The notes under the pieces are model-generated. The model was not told the origin of the DNA and did not search any database. It was given only the letters and a program-made list of their open reading frames with translations. A stretch of DNA of 64,000 nt from a virus: the IMG/VR virus record IMGVR_UViG_3300032893_000006, positions 70,338 to 134,337 of that record. One strand, written 5' to 3'. Made by a program: the position numbers and the translations under genes. Shown piece after piece: positions 30,589-40,825 of the stretch. Position 1 is the stretch's first letter, and every line of letters starts with the position of its first letter.

Positions 30589-32013
30589 TCACAGAGAACT
30601 TCGTAGGATTTGTGGACTCATTCCCATGGAGTGGTCGTAGAGCTTTGCAGCCACAGATGGCGGCATCGAAATTCCTAGCTCTTTTTTTGCATTAAGTTCA
30701 ATCCAGTCGCGTTGCTCCACCAATTCACTGGGGGTCAAGTAATCGGACCAGACATGACTAACATAACTACCCATGACCCCCTTGTAATAATCTGCAGTTT
30801 GAGTGAAATCGACTTCTTCCATATAAAGCCGGTCGCCAGTTTTTTGGGAAGTGTAGCACCACTTATTGTCGCTCAAGTGAATCGCTTCATCCCAGTAGGG
30901 ACTTCCGGGATACGGCGTGATGACGGTGACGTCGAGATCGTCCGGCTTGGTTTTTAGAAGCCACTCGTAAGTATGCATAGACGTCTCGCGCGATTCTCCA
31001 GCATGTCCTAGGCTCATTAGTGCTTTAACCTTCAAGCCATGAGCGTGTGCAATCTCCATGCATCGAGAGTTTTGTGCCTGTGTAGCGTTCTTTTGTATAT
31101 TCGTAAGGATTCGGTCAGAACCACTTTCAAATCCAACAAGTATCCATCGAAAGCCTGCTTCATACATTGCTTGAGCCTGCTCCTCAGTGAACAATTCGGA
31201 TTTGATAAACCCACGCAGTCGCCATTCGATTCCGATGGACTTTGCCTTATCTCTCATTCCACGCATGAGCGTTAACATTTCACGATTGATATTGAGTTCA
31301 TCGTCAAAGTAGTTGATACCCTTAAAGCCGTAAGTGGTATACAAGTGCATTGCTTCGGCAATAATATTTTCCGGGGTACGCAAACGAATCTGCCTAAGCA
31401 TTGGCGAGTTACGGCCCGAGCAAAAGGTGCATTTCATTGGGCATCCAAGTTGCCCAACTACGTGCGCTGCGCGCTCCCCATCAATCGTGTAATGGTAGCT
31501 GTCCATGTCGATTAGATGCCTCGCTGGCCACGGGCTCTCTGTAAAATCCTTTGAAGTTTGCCAGAGTACAGATTTCGGATCGTCGGCATCGACAAGGCCG
31601 CGCGTGTGAATTGCTTCGAAGATGGCTTTCTCGCCGTCTCCTGCAACAACAACGTCGAACTCGTTTAGGAGTTCTTCCAAAGCTTTTCGAGCACGTCCGT
31701 TTCCTCGCTTTGCCGCCGCATGAACGAGCGTAGCGTGCGGTCCACCAAGAATCGTCTTACTGTCAGTCGGAAGCACTCGACGCACCTTGACTGCAGCGGG
31801 GATTTGCGGGGTCGTCGCCGTAATGGCAAATGTTTTGGAGCCTTGATAATCTTTCGCAACATCCTCATAGTTCGCTACTCCTGTTAGATCGAGGTGGTCT
31901 ACTGTGATTCCAGCCTGCTCAAGAGCCGCGCCAACTTTCAAAATTCCAAGAGACACAAAAACTCGTTGATCTAAGAGAAACGGGCTCGGCGGCGTGACGA
32001 GGCAAATCTTCAT
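30589..32013 (-). CDS. B12-binding radical SAM protein
   Basis: N-terminal B12-binding domain (LGGPHAT, GDGE); CPMKCTFC; GFESGS. Confidence 0.93.
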   Translation of the reverse strand: MKICLVTPPSPFLLDQRVFVSLGILKVGAALEQAGITVDHLDLTGVANYEDVAKDYQGSKTFAITATTPQIPAAVKVRRVLPTDSKTILGGPHATLVHAAAKRGNGRARKALEELLNEFDVVVAGDGEKAIFEAIHTRGLVDADDPKSVLWQTSKDFTESPWPARHLIDMDSYHYTIDGERAAHVVGQLGCPMKCTFCSGRNSPMLRQIRLRTPENIIAEAMHLYTTYGFKGINYFDDELNINREMLTLMRGMRDKAKSIGIEWRLRGFIKSELFTEEQAQAMYEAGFRWILVGFESGSDRILTNIQKNATQAQNSRCMEIAHAHGLKVKALMSLGHAGESRETSMHTYEWLLKTKPDDLDVTVITPYPGSPYWDEAIHLSDNKWCYTSQKTGDRLYMEEVDFTQTADYYKGVMGSYVSHVWSDYLTPSELVEQRDWIELNAKKELGISMPPSVAAKLYDHSMGMSPQILRSSL

Positions 32014-32065
32014 GAGGAGGGGGACCTCATGGCTATGATTGCATTTCCAGAAAACCCGGTAAAGG

Positions 32066-32746
32066 CTAAAGTGCTCCGAGTTCGCCTTTTAACAAAGCTC
32101 GGAACCGATCATCGGGGCATTTTCCAGAAAAATGGAGGAAATTCGGGTAGGTATCATAACGGCTATTCCACGGCAGGCCGTTTTTGAACTGCAACGCGCC
32201 ATCCTCCTGCGTCGCTGAGACAACATAAAACAGATTCGTGACTTCATCGAACGCGACGCAGTCAGAGTTTTCTGCGGCACGTCGATTGAACCAAGCCTGA
32301 TCGAGTATCTCAAGGTCCGGCATCTGTTCGGCCCATTCAAGCCAATGCAGAATGTATTCCGGGTAACCGGCAATCATCCCATTGTTGGCAAAGCGCCATG
32401 GGCTGGTGCTCATGAAGCGCGGCATCAGGTTAGGCTCTGGATAGCAATTGCGCTCTGCAGAAACAAGCATCGTGTCCGGAATCTTGGCCATGGCGGCATC
32501 TCTGTCGCCATAGAAGAGCACATCCCACGCATCCGTCATGACAAGATTTTTGTAGTCCTTGAAACGCGTCGCGATGCTGCGGATGTACTCGATTCGACGC
32601 CTCATTGTGATGCTGTTTGCACCCGCAGGGAGATTGTGCAGCGGTTCGAGATGAAACTCGATCCCCGCAGCTTTCAGTTGCTGCTCGTACTCGTCAATGA
32701 AGCCTTCGCGATGCGTGGCACCGGCTACAACGATCAAATCATTCAT
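32066..32746 (-). CDS. PLOD/LH3-type glycosyltransferase domain protein
   Basis: MTDAWDV, VSAERNCYP, FANNGMIAG, DQAWF, FLHFSG. Confidence 0.75.
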   Translation of the reverse strand: MNDLIVVAGATHREGFIDEYEQQLKAAGIEFHLEPLHNLPAGANSITMRRRIEYIRSIATRFKDYKNLVMTDAWDVLFYGDRDAAMAKIPDTMLVSAERNCYPEPNLMPRFMSTSPWRFANNGMIAGYPEYILHWLEWAEQMPDLEILDQAWFNRRAAENSDCVAFDEVTNLFYVVSATQEDGALQFKNGLPWNSRYDTYPNFLHFSGKCPDDRFRALLKGELGAL

Positions 32747-33476
32747 GTGCTTGTCCTTGGTCTGTTCCGAATAATTCCTGCGCGAACTGGGCCTTGTAGG
32801 TTGGCCCTTGGTCGAAACATCCCCACTTCTCCCTGAGAATTTCACGGTCGGCGTCGGCGCGCATTTCGATCAATCGCCGTTCTCTGGGGTCGGCCTGCTT
32901 CAAAGTAGAGCTTCTCTCGTGATAGAACGGCAACTGCGCATTCATCAGATGAATCCCGGCGCGCCAAGCGCGAATGTGATAGTCGAGGTCTTGGCAGTAC
33001 ATGACCATGTGCTCATCAAATCTGCCAATACGATCCCACGCCGCTTTTCGAATCAGGTAGGCGCTAAAGTCAGGAGCTTCGATAGGGTTCAATTCCGTGG
33101 GCTCGGTCGCAATCTCCTCGTGTGAGCCCACGCTGACTCCAGTGACAAAAGGAAGGTTGAGTTCGAGTAGCCTGCGGTAAAACCACGGCGGCAGCGTCGT
33201 GTCGTTGTTGATGACAAGCACATGCTCGTAGCGTGGCCCGTTGAATAGGTAATTCAACCCGCTATTCCAACAGACGGACACACCTTTGTTTTCGTGAAGG
33301 AGAATCGCGTTGGCATAGTGGCTGTTCATCTCGTCGGCGAGCCACTCTTCGGTGCTATCTGTGGACCCGTTGTCGTAAATCATGATTTCTGTCTGGATGT
33401 CTTGGTTGCGGATGCTTTCGACGCATCGCTTGGTCAACTCAAGGCAGTTATGCGTGAGGATCAGTACCGGGTTCAT
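32739..33476 (-). CDS. Glycosyltransferase family 2
   Basis: ILTHN...DNGSTD...INNDT...QDLDY. Confidence 0.9.
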   Translation of the reverse strand: MNPVLILTHNCLELTKRCVESIRNQDIQTEIMIYDNGSTDSTEEWLADEMNSHYANAILLHENKGVSVCWNSGLNYLFNGPRYEHVLVINNDTTLPPWFYRRLLELNLPFVTGVSVGSHEEIATEPTELNPIEAPDFSAYLIRKAAWDRIGRFDEHMVMYCQDLDYHIRAWRAGIHLMNAQLPFYHERSSTLKQADPRERRLIEMRADADREILREKWGCFDQGPTYKAQFAQELFGTDQGQAHE

Positions 33477-33729
33477 TCGACTCTCCATTCACAATTTCTT
33501 CTCTTGTTTTGCAAAGCTCTGGATTTTTGCAACCGCAGTAGTAGTCGGAAAATTTAGCTCCTTCTGGCAGGACCACAACACGAAATTTCCCTGCCATCCG
33601 CGTGGGAGTGCCTTCACGATAAGCAATGCAACCATACTCGCCGTGAGCGTAACCGCTGTGTCCACACAGCTTGCACCGCTGGTCGCCATGTTCGCGAAGT
33701 TTCTTTATCCATGAGGGGTTGAAAGGCAT
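33448..33729 (-). CDS. Cys-rich small hypothetical protein
   Basis: CKLCGH and CGCKN motifs. Confidence 0.5.
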   Translation of the reverse strand: MPFNPSWIKKLREHGDQRCKLCGHSGYAHGEYGCIAYREGTPTRMAGKFRVVVLPEGAKFSDYYCGCKNPELCKTREEIVNGESNEPGTDPHA

Positions 33730-34313
33730 TATTTTCCGCCACTGATGACCGGCATTACGATGATTGGGTTGAAAGATTCAAAAGACGCGTAAGGATGTGC
33801 GTGCACGAGATGTTCGATGAAGATGCCGTCTGAAGTATAGTCGGGGATATCCGGCCACTGCCCTACTTCTTTGGCGACGATGAGATTCGCCGTGTCGACG
33901 TGACAGAGTCGCGGCGCGCCGTCAGGAAAGAAAATACTGCCAAGGCGAAGGATGGGAAAGAAGGCGACGAGCGGGAACCCCTTCCAGAGCAGCGCATTGT
34001 GAATTGCCTCAAGGACCTCTTCATCAGCAAGATAGTTATCATCGTCCAGATATTGGACGTATTCCCCTTTTGCCAGCGTCCATCCATTGTGACGACACGT
34101 GTTCCCGCCGTTCTTGTGCGGAACTGGACATTGAGCAATGACTCGTTGGGGGTGTTTGATCTTCTCGATCAGATCGAGATCAAGCGTCTCGCAATCGACA
34201 ACCACAATGTGCTGCCAGTCTTTGTAGGTTTGCTGATTGACAGACTCGCAGGTGAGCAACAAGCTCTCTCTTTGAAGCGTTGGTGTGATGATCGAGAAAA
34301 ACGGCCTACTCAT
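33729..34313 (-). CDS. Glycosyltransferase family 2
   Basis: FSIITPT...YLDDDN...SDGIF. Confidence 0.88.
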   Translation of the reverse strand: MSRPFFSIITPTLQRESLLLTCESVNQQTYKDWQHIVVVDCETLDLDLIEKIKHPQRVIAQCPVPHKNGGNTCRHNGWTLAKGEYVQYLDDDNYLADEEVLEAIHNALLWKGFPLVAFFPILRLGSIFFPDGAPRLCHVDTANLIVAKEVGQWPDIPDYTSDGIFIEHLVHAHPYASFESFNPIIVMPVISGGK

Positions 34314-35136
34314 TGATGTTATCCCTCGCTGGCATCTTGAATAACTTCGAAAGTTCTTCGAGGTGACGATCTGTGAAATGCCGAATGCCATTTTGCCTGA
34401 ATGCTGTTTCGACTGACTTCAGCGGCTCATTGGACCACTTCGCTTTTCGAGAAACAATATCGCGAACAGCATAAATGATCTTGTCAATGCGATCCACGGA
34501 AGTACGTTCTGTGGCCTCCGCGCGGTACTCCTTGGCAGATATCCGGCTCTGCAGGTGTCTTGTTCGATGATCGCAGCGAACTGCTAGGTTATACACCACG
34601 AAAAAATGCTCTTTATCGGTAGCCTGTCGCGGAGTTGGGGTTCGCACCTGCGCTACCAGATCACCTCGGAGTTCGAGGATTCCCCACCCTTCAGGCCACT
34701 CGTCTTGTTTGACAATACCGGGAGGCATGGCAACGTAGGCCAGATCGGTAGGTGGCGTCATCTTCCATTTTCTGTCACCCATAAAGTCTGCTCGCGATGT
34801 CTTTACTTCGACCAGACAGGTCATACGTCGATCAAGAGGCTTATAGAGAGCTTTCCACGCGGCGTACTTCACTTGGTAATCGTCATCGTTTCTGCCGTAT
34901 GGGTATCTGGGTGGACGCGGTAAGAATTTCATCTCGATCAGTTCTGTCTGCGTCGGAACGATCACTCCCGCAATATCGGCGATCCAGCCTTTTTCGTTGA
35001 CGTCGGTCCATGGCATTCCGACTTCTTCCTCGACGGGTTTGAAGCCGTGGTTCTCAAGCCACTGGTGTGCGGCCAGAGTCACTCGATGTGTCAGTTCGGA
35101 TTTGTTGCGATCTGCAGGTTCCGGTATTGAGGCCAT
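34306..35136 (-). CDS. MmcB-like PD-(D/E)XK nuclease
   Basis: IADIAG...VEVKTSRADFMGDRKW...WGIL. Confidence 0.65.
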   Translation of the reverse strand: MASIPEPADRNKSELTHRVTLAAHQWLENHGFKPVEEEVGMPWTDVNEKGWIADIAGVIVPTQTELIEMKFLPRPPRYPYGRNDDDYQVKYAAWKALYKPLDRRMTCLVEVKTSRADFMGDRKWKMTPPTDLAYVAMPPGIVKQDEWPEGWGILELRGDLVAQVRTPTPRQATDKEHFFVVYNLAVRCDHRTRHLQSRISAKEYRAEATERTSVDRIDKIIYAVRDIVSRKAKWSNEPLKSVETAFRQNGIRHFTDRHLEELSKLFKMPARDNINE

Positions 35137-35140
35137 AACG

Positions 35141-35638
35141 CTAGAGCTCTTTCAGACTGATTTTGCCACCATTTTTGTTGATGAGACCGGCTTGATTTAA
35201 CTTGTAGACAATGTCTGTAACGCTTCGTGTTGCGCAACCGACCTGAATCCTTAATTGGGTCCGATTCATTTCCCCGTGTAGCAGGAGTACATCTATCGCC
35301 TTTGCCGGTAGGCCACCAAGTTTTTGCTTCCACGCTTCCCACGCAGCGCTTTTTTGTAATCCATGGGCCACAACATTTTCGGATATACCAATCGTTTCAA
35401 TTTCGCCGAAGATTCTTTGAAGAGCCACATATAAAGGCGAGAGGATCGCCTGTAACTGTTGTAGCCCTTTATAGGCGCTCGTATTTTTGGCGCGCTCTAC
35501 TCGAAGTTCCTCTTCTAAGCTCCGAACTCGCGCTCGTAATCCTTCATTGATTAGTCCGAGGTCTTCTTCACTTCTCTGCCTTTCTACCTTTCCTTCAAGC
35601 TGAAGGTGATTCATTAGAACCTCCTGTAGTTGCGACAA
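35141..35638 (-). CDS. Coiled-coil plus winged-helix protein
   Basis: AIDVLLLHGEMNRTQL...KLNQAGLI wHTH pattern. Confidence 0.6.
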   Translation of the reverse strand: MSQLQEVLMNHLQLEGKVERQRSEEDLGLINEGLRARVRSLEEELRVERAKNTSAYKGLQQLQAILSPLYVALQRIFGEIETIGISENVVAHGLQKSAAWEAWKQKLGGLPAKAIDVLLLHGEMNRTQLRIQVGCATRSVTDIVYKLNQAGLINKNGGKISLKEL

Positions 35639-36239
35639 GTTTCGCTCGAAACGCTCCGAGTGTTTGTGTCAAAATCGACGGCGCGCCCACACGTTCAAGT
35701 CCGCGAATGTAAGAAAATGCCAACCGAAGGGCGTTGAGATTCAATCGTGCCTCTGTGTACTGGTCGATTGCCATCACAAACTCGTGTGCATGGGCATGGG
35801 TTCCACTGATCCACGCCTTTGCCGCATCACGAGCCTTGTTTAGCCGCATGAACGCTTCCGGGTCACCGCCGTCACTTCGGTCAGGGTGAACACCTTTCGC
35901 CTTATCGCGAAATGCGGAATCGATCTGCGCAAATGTTGGAGCCGGATTCTCTAAACCGAGAACCTGCTGCCAAGAAAAATCCTCTTTTCTCATCGTCCAC
36001 CATACCGCCACGCCGGGATCGGTGCGTTCGTCAGGAGACCTGCAGATCAAGACAGACGTGGCCCCTTCGCCCATGCGTGAGAGTTCCAATCCGACTTTTT
36101 CGACTCCGCCTTTCCATGTTGCCTTTTTCCACGCATTCTGCGGCTTACGGAGCTTGATGTAAGTTCTGTTGATGCCATCGGGCCAGCGGAGTTCATTCTT
36201 TTCCTGTACTTCAATTTTTTTCACCACATTACACCTCAA
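35595..36239 (-). CDS. DnaJ-domain phage protein
   Basis: WQQVLGL...FRDKAKGVHPDRSDGG HPD motif. Confidence 0.8.
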   Translation of the reverse strand: MRCNVVKKIEVQEKNELRWPDGINRTYIKLRKPQNAWKKATWKGGVEKVGLELSRMGEGATSVLICRSPDERTDPGVAVWWTMRKEDFSWQQVLGLENPAPTFAQIDSAFRDKAKGVHPDRSDGGDPEAFMRLNKARDAAKAWISGTHAHAHEFVMAIDQYTEARLNLNALRLAFSYIRGLERVGAPSILTQTLGAFRAKLVATTGGSNESPSA

Positions 36240-36876
36240 CTCTCTTGAACGTCAGGCACCATACCCATGGATTACTCGCCCACGGGTAAGTCTTGCCGTT
36301 GATGGAATCCCACAGTTCCTCATATTCTTCCTGTGGTAGTTTCCCGTCATCAGTATGTGGACCGCTGACATATGGGCTCTGCGAAACCCAACCATAGCCG
36401 TGACAATTTTCTGCGATGGCGTCTTCGTGGCTGATCTCTTGCACCCGCTGCACTCTCACGTCAGTGATATCAAGCCAGATACGTGCGGCCCATTTCGGCA
36501 TGAATAGAGCACTCTTCCACTGTCCGCGCCAAGATTCAAGAGCATTTTCCTTGCTATACGCCTGCGGCCAGCGTGGCGTCCCGGCATCGGCAAGATACTT
36601 GCAGGCGCTCGGGTCGTTGCCCTTAAAAAAATGCGCATACCGCTCACGAACCCACAAACGGTCGCCAATCTCATATGGACAGACGCGATCCTCAGAATGG
36701 TCAGACAGAGGGCTCCAGACGCGAGGCATGTCAACAGCGTCGAAATGAAACGGCTCGCGCTTGACCATATGCCATTTTGTGGGCTGCGGCTTAATCAGCC
36801 GCCTCGTCTGTGTCTTTTTGTCATCGAGGATCGCGCGGATATTGTCCGGAGTGAAGAGTATTGGATGCTCTTTCAT
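36229..36876 (-). CDS. ASCH/PUA-like phage protein
   Basis: PILFTPDNIRAILDDKKTQTRR...SALFMPKWAARIWL...NPWVWCLTF. Confidence 0.8.
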   Translation of the reverse strand: MKEHPILFTPDNIRAILDDKKTQTRRLIKPQPTKWHMVKREPFHFDAVDMPRVWSPLSDHSEDRVCPYEIGDRLWVRERYAHFFKGNDPSACKYLADAGTPRWPQAYSKENALESWRGQWKSALFMPKWAARIWLDITDVRVQRVQEISHEDAIAENCHGYGWVSQSPYVSGPHTDDGKLPQEEYEELWDSINGKTYPWASNPWVWCLTFKRVEV

Positions 36877-36883
36877 ATGCGCC

Positions 36884-37240
36884 CTATTTCTTGTCTGCGG
36901 ACTTCGGCGTTACCGGCTTCAAGACACACGCTGGATCACCCTGTGCGTCGAACTGAGCCACGTATTTCTCACCGCAAGTCTTCGTAATATCTTGGACGGC
37001 TTGTTGAAATTTGACGTTTGCTTCCTGCATGTACTTTTGCGCCTGCTCTAATGAATTTTGCGCATCCTGCTTACGGGCGAGTGCCTTAAAGTATGCCAAT
37101 TTCATGGCATCGGTAACGGCTGGAGCTTTATCCGCTTCTTTAGCTGCTGCAGGTGGTGTCGGTTTGACATCTTTATCCTCGCATACAGCGATAGGCATCG
37201 CCATCACAAAAAAAAGAACTGCTAGTGTTATTGATCTCAC
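36884..37240 (-). CDS. Secreted coiled-coil protein
   Basis: MRSITLAVLFFVMAMPIA signal peptide. Confidence 0.6.
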   Translation of the reverse strand: MRSITLAVLFFVMAMPIAVCEDKDVKPTPPAAAKEADKAPAVTDAMKLAYFKALARKQDAQNSLEQAQKYMQEANVKFQQAVQDITKTCGEKYVAQFDAQGDPACVLKPVTPKSADKK

Positions 37241-38037
37241 GGTTCGGTCTCCTTGTTTAGTTCGGTTTGTGGGAATTCGCGGATAAGGAGATGGGCAGGG
37301 ATAAGCTTCGCCCCTTCCTCCGGAGTTCTCGCACTCAACTGTTTCATGAAAAACTTTACACCAGCGTGGGTGGCTTCTTCATGAAGTTTTTCGGCCCACG
37401 TCTGCTCCATAAGCCTCCGTCCATTGCCGCTTTCGCCGCCACAGATGAGCCAGTCCGGAAAATCAGCCGCGTCATCATTGGGAGCATTCTCGGCCCACTT
37501 ATCCATGGATAAGGGACCGAGCGCTGGTTCGTAACTGACAAAGCTGACGAGTTCGTAATCGAGCGCCACGAGTCGCAGAGCAGGCCAGCGAACGTCGTAA
37601 AATTCCTGATTTTCCGCCGACATTCCAAGCCATACATTGTTGTGGGCGAAAGATTGTGGCAAGTATCTGTTGTAGCGCTGAGGGCGTTTTGTCAGTAACT
37701 GCCAGATGAGATACGGGGTTCGGTCGATCAACTCCCATAGCCGCTCACGCTGACCTTCCGGAGCTTCGTCATCCATCACGTCAGCCATCGATGCACAGAA
37801 TACCTTTCGCTGCACTCCGGCAGCTTGTGCGTCGCGGTTCCACTTGAAAGGCTCGTTCCAGTGCTTATCCCCAAAGACGCGGCGCGGAACTTTCTTCCCC
37901 CAGTGAGGTTCACCCCATCGCGCATCGAGAGCCTCGGCGTAACAGTTGTCGCAGCCGGGAGATACTTTTGTGCAACCCCACCACGGATTAAACGTGCTGT
38001 CGGTCCACGCAATTTTGGTTGTATCTCCCATCACCAT
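37237..38037 (-). CDS. Gp37Gp68 / DUF5131 family protein
   Basis: IAWTDSTFNPWWGCTKVSPGCDNCYA...QLLTKRP...GGESG...FFMKQ. Confidence 0.93.
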   Translation of the reverse strand: MVMGDTTKIAWTDSTFNPWWGCTKVSPGCDNCYAEALDARWGEPHWGKKVPRRVFGDKHWNEPFKWNRDAQAAGVQRKVFCASMADVMDDEAPEGQRERLWELIDRTPYLIWQLLTKRPQRYNRYLPQSFAHNNVWLGMSAENQEFYDVRWPALRLVALDYELVSFVSYEPALGPLSMDKWAENAPNDDAADFPDWLICGGESGNGRRLMEQTWAEKLHEEATHAGVKFFMKQLSARTPEEGAKLIPAHLLIREFPQTELNKETEP

Positions 38038-38342
38038 CCCCCCATATACTGTTCAAACGTCTTCTTCTTCGACCGCACCGGATAGGGCTTGAAGTGAATC
38101 ACTCGCTGACCGCCATTCCGCTCTGCGCTGCGATAGAGAGCGAGTCTGAGTTTCGGATTTAATTCCCACCACCGAGCCAAGTGCACCTTGTACCTAATCG
38201 TTGTTGAATTAGCTTGGTTCCTTTTCACTCTTTGTGCTTTAAGCACCAGCCACGTGCGCTCTCGCTTATTACCGACATTCGTGTGAACGAGATCGCCACG
38301 CTTCGGAGCAGGATCGAAAGCCGGAATGTCGATGTTGAGCAT
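38031..38342 (-). CDS. Hypothetical protein
   Basis: 103-aa ORF in operon. Confidence 0.5.
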   Translation of the reverse strand: MLNIDIPAFDPAPKRGDLVHTNVGNKRERTWLVLKAQRVKRNQANSTTIRYKVHLARWWELNPKLRLALYRSAERNGGQRVIHFKPYPVRSKKKTFEQYMGGW

Positions 38343-38353
38343 TACTTTTCTTA

Positions 38354-38878
38354 TTAGCCAAAGTTTGATCTCAGTTGAGCGATAAACGCATCGACGTGCT
38401 TTTGGACAATGGTATAAACACGAAGAATCTGGGTATTATGCAATTTTCGCAGTGATGGATTCAGCCCATCAATATCCTCGGCGCGCCATATGTACTGCTC
38501 CAATTCTTCCGGAACTTTTAATTCAGACTTCTCGGCAGGCACTTCCGTATCCTTAAGGGGCACGCGGGTTATACCACCGTACTCTGCAACGTGGTTCTCC
38601 AGCTCCATCATCCACGCTGGAACCCCTTCAAACTTAGGCGCAAGGAACATCCAGCTCTGCCACACCTGTGCAGCCTTGGAAACCGAAGATTCCTCAGCAA
38701 TTGTGGATAATTCCTGTGCCTGTTGGAGGTTCGGAACCATCGGGTTCTCGGCCAGCCAGCGCACGGCGGCTTCAAGAACCTTCAGTACCGATCCTCCGCC
38801 GTCTTCATCGTCCTTATGGTATTGATCTGAAGCCGCTTTCAGCATCCCCTCGGGCACAACATACTTTTTCTCACTCAT
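38354..38878 (-). CDS. Hypothetical protein
   Basis: ORF with GGAGG RBS before MSEKKYVVP. Confidence 0.55.
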   Translation of the reverse strand: MSEKKYVVPEGMLKAASDQYHKDDEDGGGSVLKVLEAAVRWLAENPMVPNLQQAQELSTIAEESSVSKAAQVWQSWMFLAPKFEGVPAWMMELENHVAEYGGITRVPLKDTEVPAEKSELKVPEELEQYIWRAEDIDGLNPSLRKLHNTQILRVYTIVQKHVDAFIAQLRSNFG

Positions 38879-40119
38879 TTCGCCTCCAAGTCCTTCGCCG
38901 CACCGCGAAACCATGCCTCCCATCGCGGCCATAGGTTTCTCCAATCGAGATGCTCCGGCCTGTCTGCACGACTGCCGACAACACGTGCCACGGCGTCAGC
39001 GAAATCCTGCGCTCGATAGACTGGACGTTTCTGTGAGTACGCGCCTTCGTAGCGGAAAGCATAGGGCTCAACGAGCATGGAAGGTTGCATGTGTTCTGGC
39101 GCGCCGCCATAGTTGCCATGTACACACGGCGTGCCACAAAACAACGATTCAAAGATCGGAAAACCGAATCCCTCGGGACCGATGCCGAGCGTGACGTCGC
39201 AAGCAGAGTACGCCTCCGCCATGGCGTCATCTGGGAGATATCCGGTGGTCACCATTGTGTGCTCACCCCGCAGGGCGTAATCGACGAGGAGTGTATCGAT
39301 ATCCCAGTTTCGATTGATGGTGTCGGTGTGAATCCAGAGCCGGACTTTCATTGCTTTAGAAAGGATCGCAACCGTCTCGATGCCGAGAGCCCAGTCCTTT
39401 CGCGATTGGTTTGTTGCGACGATTCCTATTAAGACTTCATCTGGCTTGATCGAGCGATACTTATATTCATCCGACTTCACCTTGACTAAAGTGGGAAACA
39501 CAGAGCGAATCAGTGCTCGGTTGGGAGACCGCGAAAACACTCCCCCGTCGATCCCATGAGGAAGCTGGTCGAGATTCCGAAGTTCGGACTCTGGCTGACT
39601 TATCGTGCGTTCGATGATGTTGCGGCCCCACTCGCTGTAGGCGAGTATGCGATCAAATCCCCGCAACGTCTTCATGATCGGAAAAGTCAGGAGGTCATTC
39701 GGGCCTGATGCATCGAGTGGGCAGTAAATCCATTTCTCGAAAGGAGCGTTTTCGAGCCATTGCCTCAGGGGAAAGTATTTCTCCTCCTTCAACTGAGGGG
39801 AGCCATCAGGAACGGCGATCCATGACAGACGGCTTGGGTCCCAGATGCAGAGTACGATTCCTCGTTCGTCTCCAGCGAAGTTATGCCACGCTTCCGGAAG
39901 AGTCGGACAAACAAAATCATCGACGCCCTCTGCCGTGATTTGTGGAAAGCCTAGCCTGCAATCCATTGGTGCGCCATAACCGAAGGTCGCTATCCTGAAA
40001 ACATCGTTGAGTCTTCGATGAATACCGAAGGCTAAGTCTCTGGCGATTCTCCCGAGACCGGTCGGACCGGATACAGCATCTGAAATTATGAGCAGGGGGA
40101 TTCTCTTATTTGCGGCCAT
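38875..40119 (-). CDS. GT-B (GT4-like) glycosyltransferase
   Basis: SGPTGLGR, NQSRK, EGFGFPIFESLFCGTP. Confidence 0.88.
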   Translation of the reverse strand: MAANKRIPLLIISDAVSGPTGLGRIARDLAFGIHRRLNDVFRIATFGYGAPMDCRLGFPQITAEGVDDFVCPTLPEAWHNFAGDERGIVLCIWDPSRLSWIAVPDGSPQLKEEKYFPLRQWLENAPFEKWIYCPLDASGPNDLLTFPIMKTLRGFDRILAYSEWGRNIIERTISQPESELRNLDQLPHGIDGGVFSRSPNRALIRSVFPTLVKVKSDEYKYRSIKPDEVLIGIVATNQSRKDWALGIETVAILSKAMKVRLWIHTDTINRNWDIDTLLVDYALRGEHTMVTTGYLPDDAMAEAYSACDVTLGIGPEGFGFPIFESLFCGTPCVHGNYGGAPEHMQPSMLVEPYAFRYEGAYSQKRPVYRAQDFADAVARVVGSRADRPEHLDWRNLWPRWEAWFRGAAKDLEAK

Positions 40120-40162
40120 GCGATCAACGATAGCGCAGAGGATCAGACTATGCAAAGAAAAA

Positions 40163-40531
40163 TTACAACTCTTCGATTCGAATCCCGTGGATAAGGTACA
40201 TCATCTTTTTTTTGATTTTGTACACCGCGTTTTTCTTGTACCCTTTGGCATCGCACACACGGAGCCTGCCGTCTTCAAAAAATGTGAAGTCTGCCACATA
40301 GGAAATTGCGCGTACATCATCACGCCCGGGCACCAATTCGAAGGGCACCTGTTCCCTGAGGTTTGTGATTTTCCCCGCCTCGGCGAGCGCCCATAGGTTG
40401 GCCGCTACCTTTGCTTCGTGGCCGGAAGCGTATCTACCCGTACGCTCGTTGCCGTATTTCGACGGCTTTTTCACGTCGAGCCCAAAGTATTTCGACCATG
40501 CAGCGCGTTCCTGCTTCGTCTCTTTTCGCAT
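40163..40531 (-). CDS. DUF1064 family endonuclease
   Basis: SKYGN...EQVPFEL...YVADFTF...DAKG. Confidence 0.85.
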   Translation of the reverse strand: MRKETKQERAAWSKYFGLDVKKPSKYGNERTGRYASGHEAKVAANLWALAEAGKITNLREQVPFELVPGRDDVRAISYVADFTFFEDGRLRVCDAKGYKKNAVYKIKKKMMYLIHGIRIEEL

Positions 40532-40550
40532 CCTGTCCTATACTATCGCC

Positions 40551-40790
40551 ATGATCGAGATGATGAAGGACGACTTTATTGCGCCGGAGCACATTGCTCG
40601 CGTGAAAAAGATCGACGACGACACCTGCAACGTGTGGCTTGTCGGTCAGAGCGCTCTTGAACCGCACGTCGTGAACTGCAGCGCCAGAGATTTCGCCAAT
40701 GCAGTAAATGACGAGCTTAAATTGCCCCGGTGCGAAGAAGGGGATCAATCGGTCTCCGGCGACGAAAACTCAGATGAAGAAAGTTCTTGA
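40551..40790 (+). CDS. Small acidic hypothetical protein
   Basis: 79-aa ORF; its stop codon overlaps the -35 of the tRNA cluster 1 promoter. Confidence 0.45.
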   Translation: MIEMMKDDFIAPEHIARVKKIDDDTCNVWLVGQSALEPHVVNCSARDFANAVNDELKLPRCEEGDQSVSGDENSDEESS

Positions 40791-40815
40791 CAGGTATTTG
40801 CGACCGTGAGAGCAT
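40787..40815 (+). promoter_or_regulatory. Sigma70-type promoter of tRNA cluster 1
   Basis: TTGACA-N17-GAGCAT (weak -10). Confidence 0.55.
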
Positions 40816-40825
40816 GAAAAACGTT

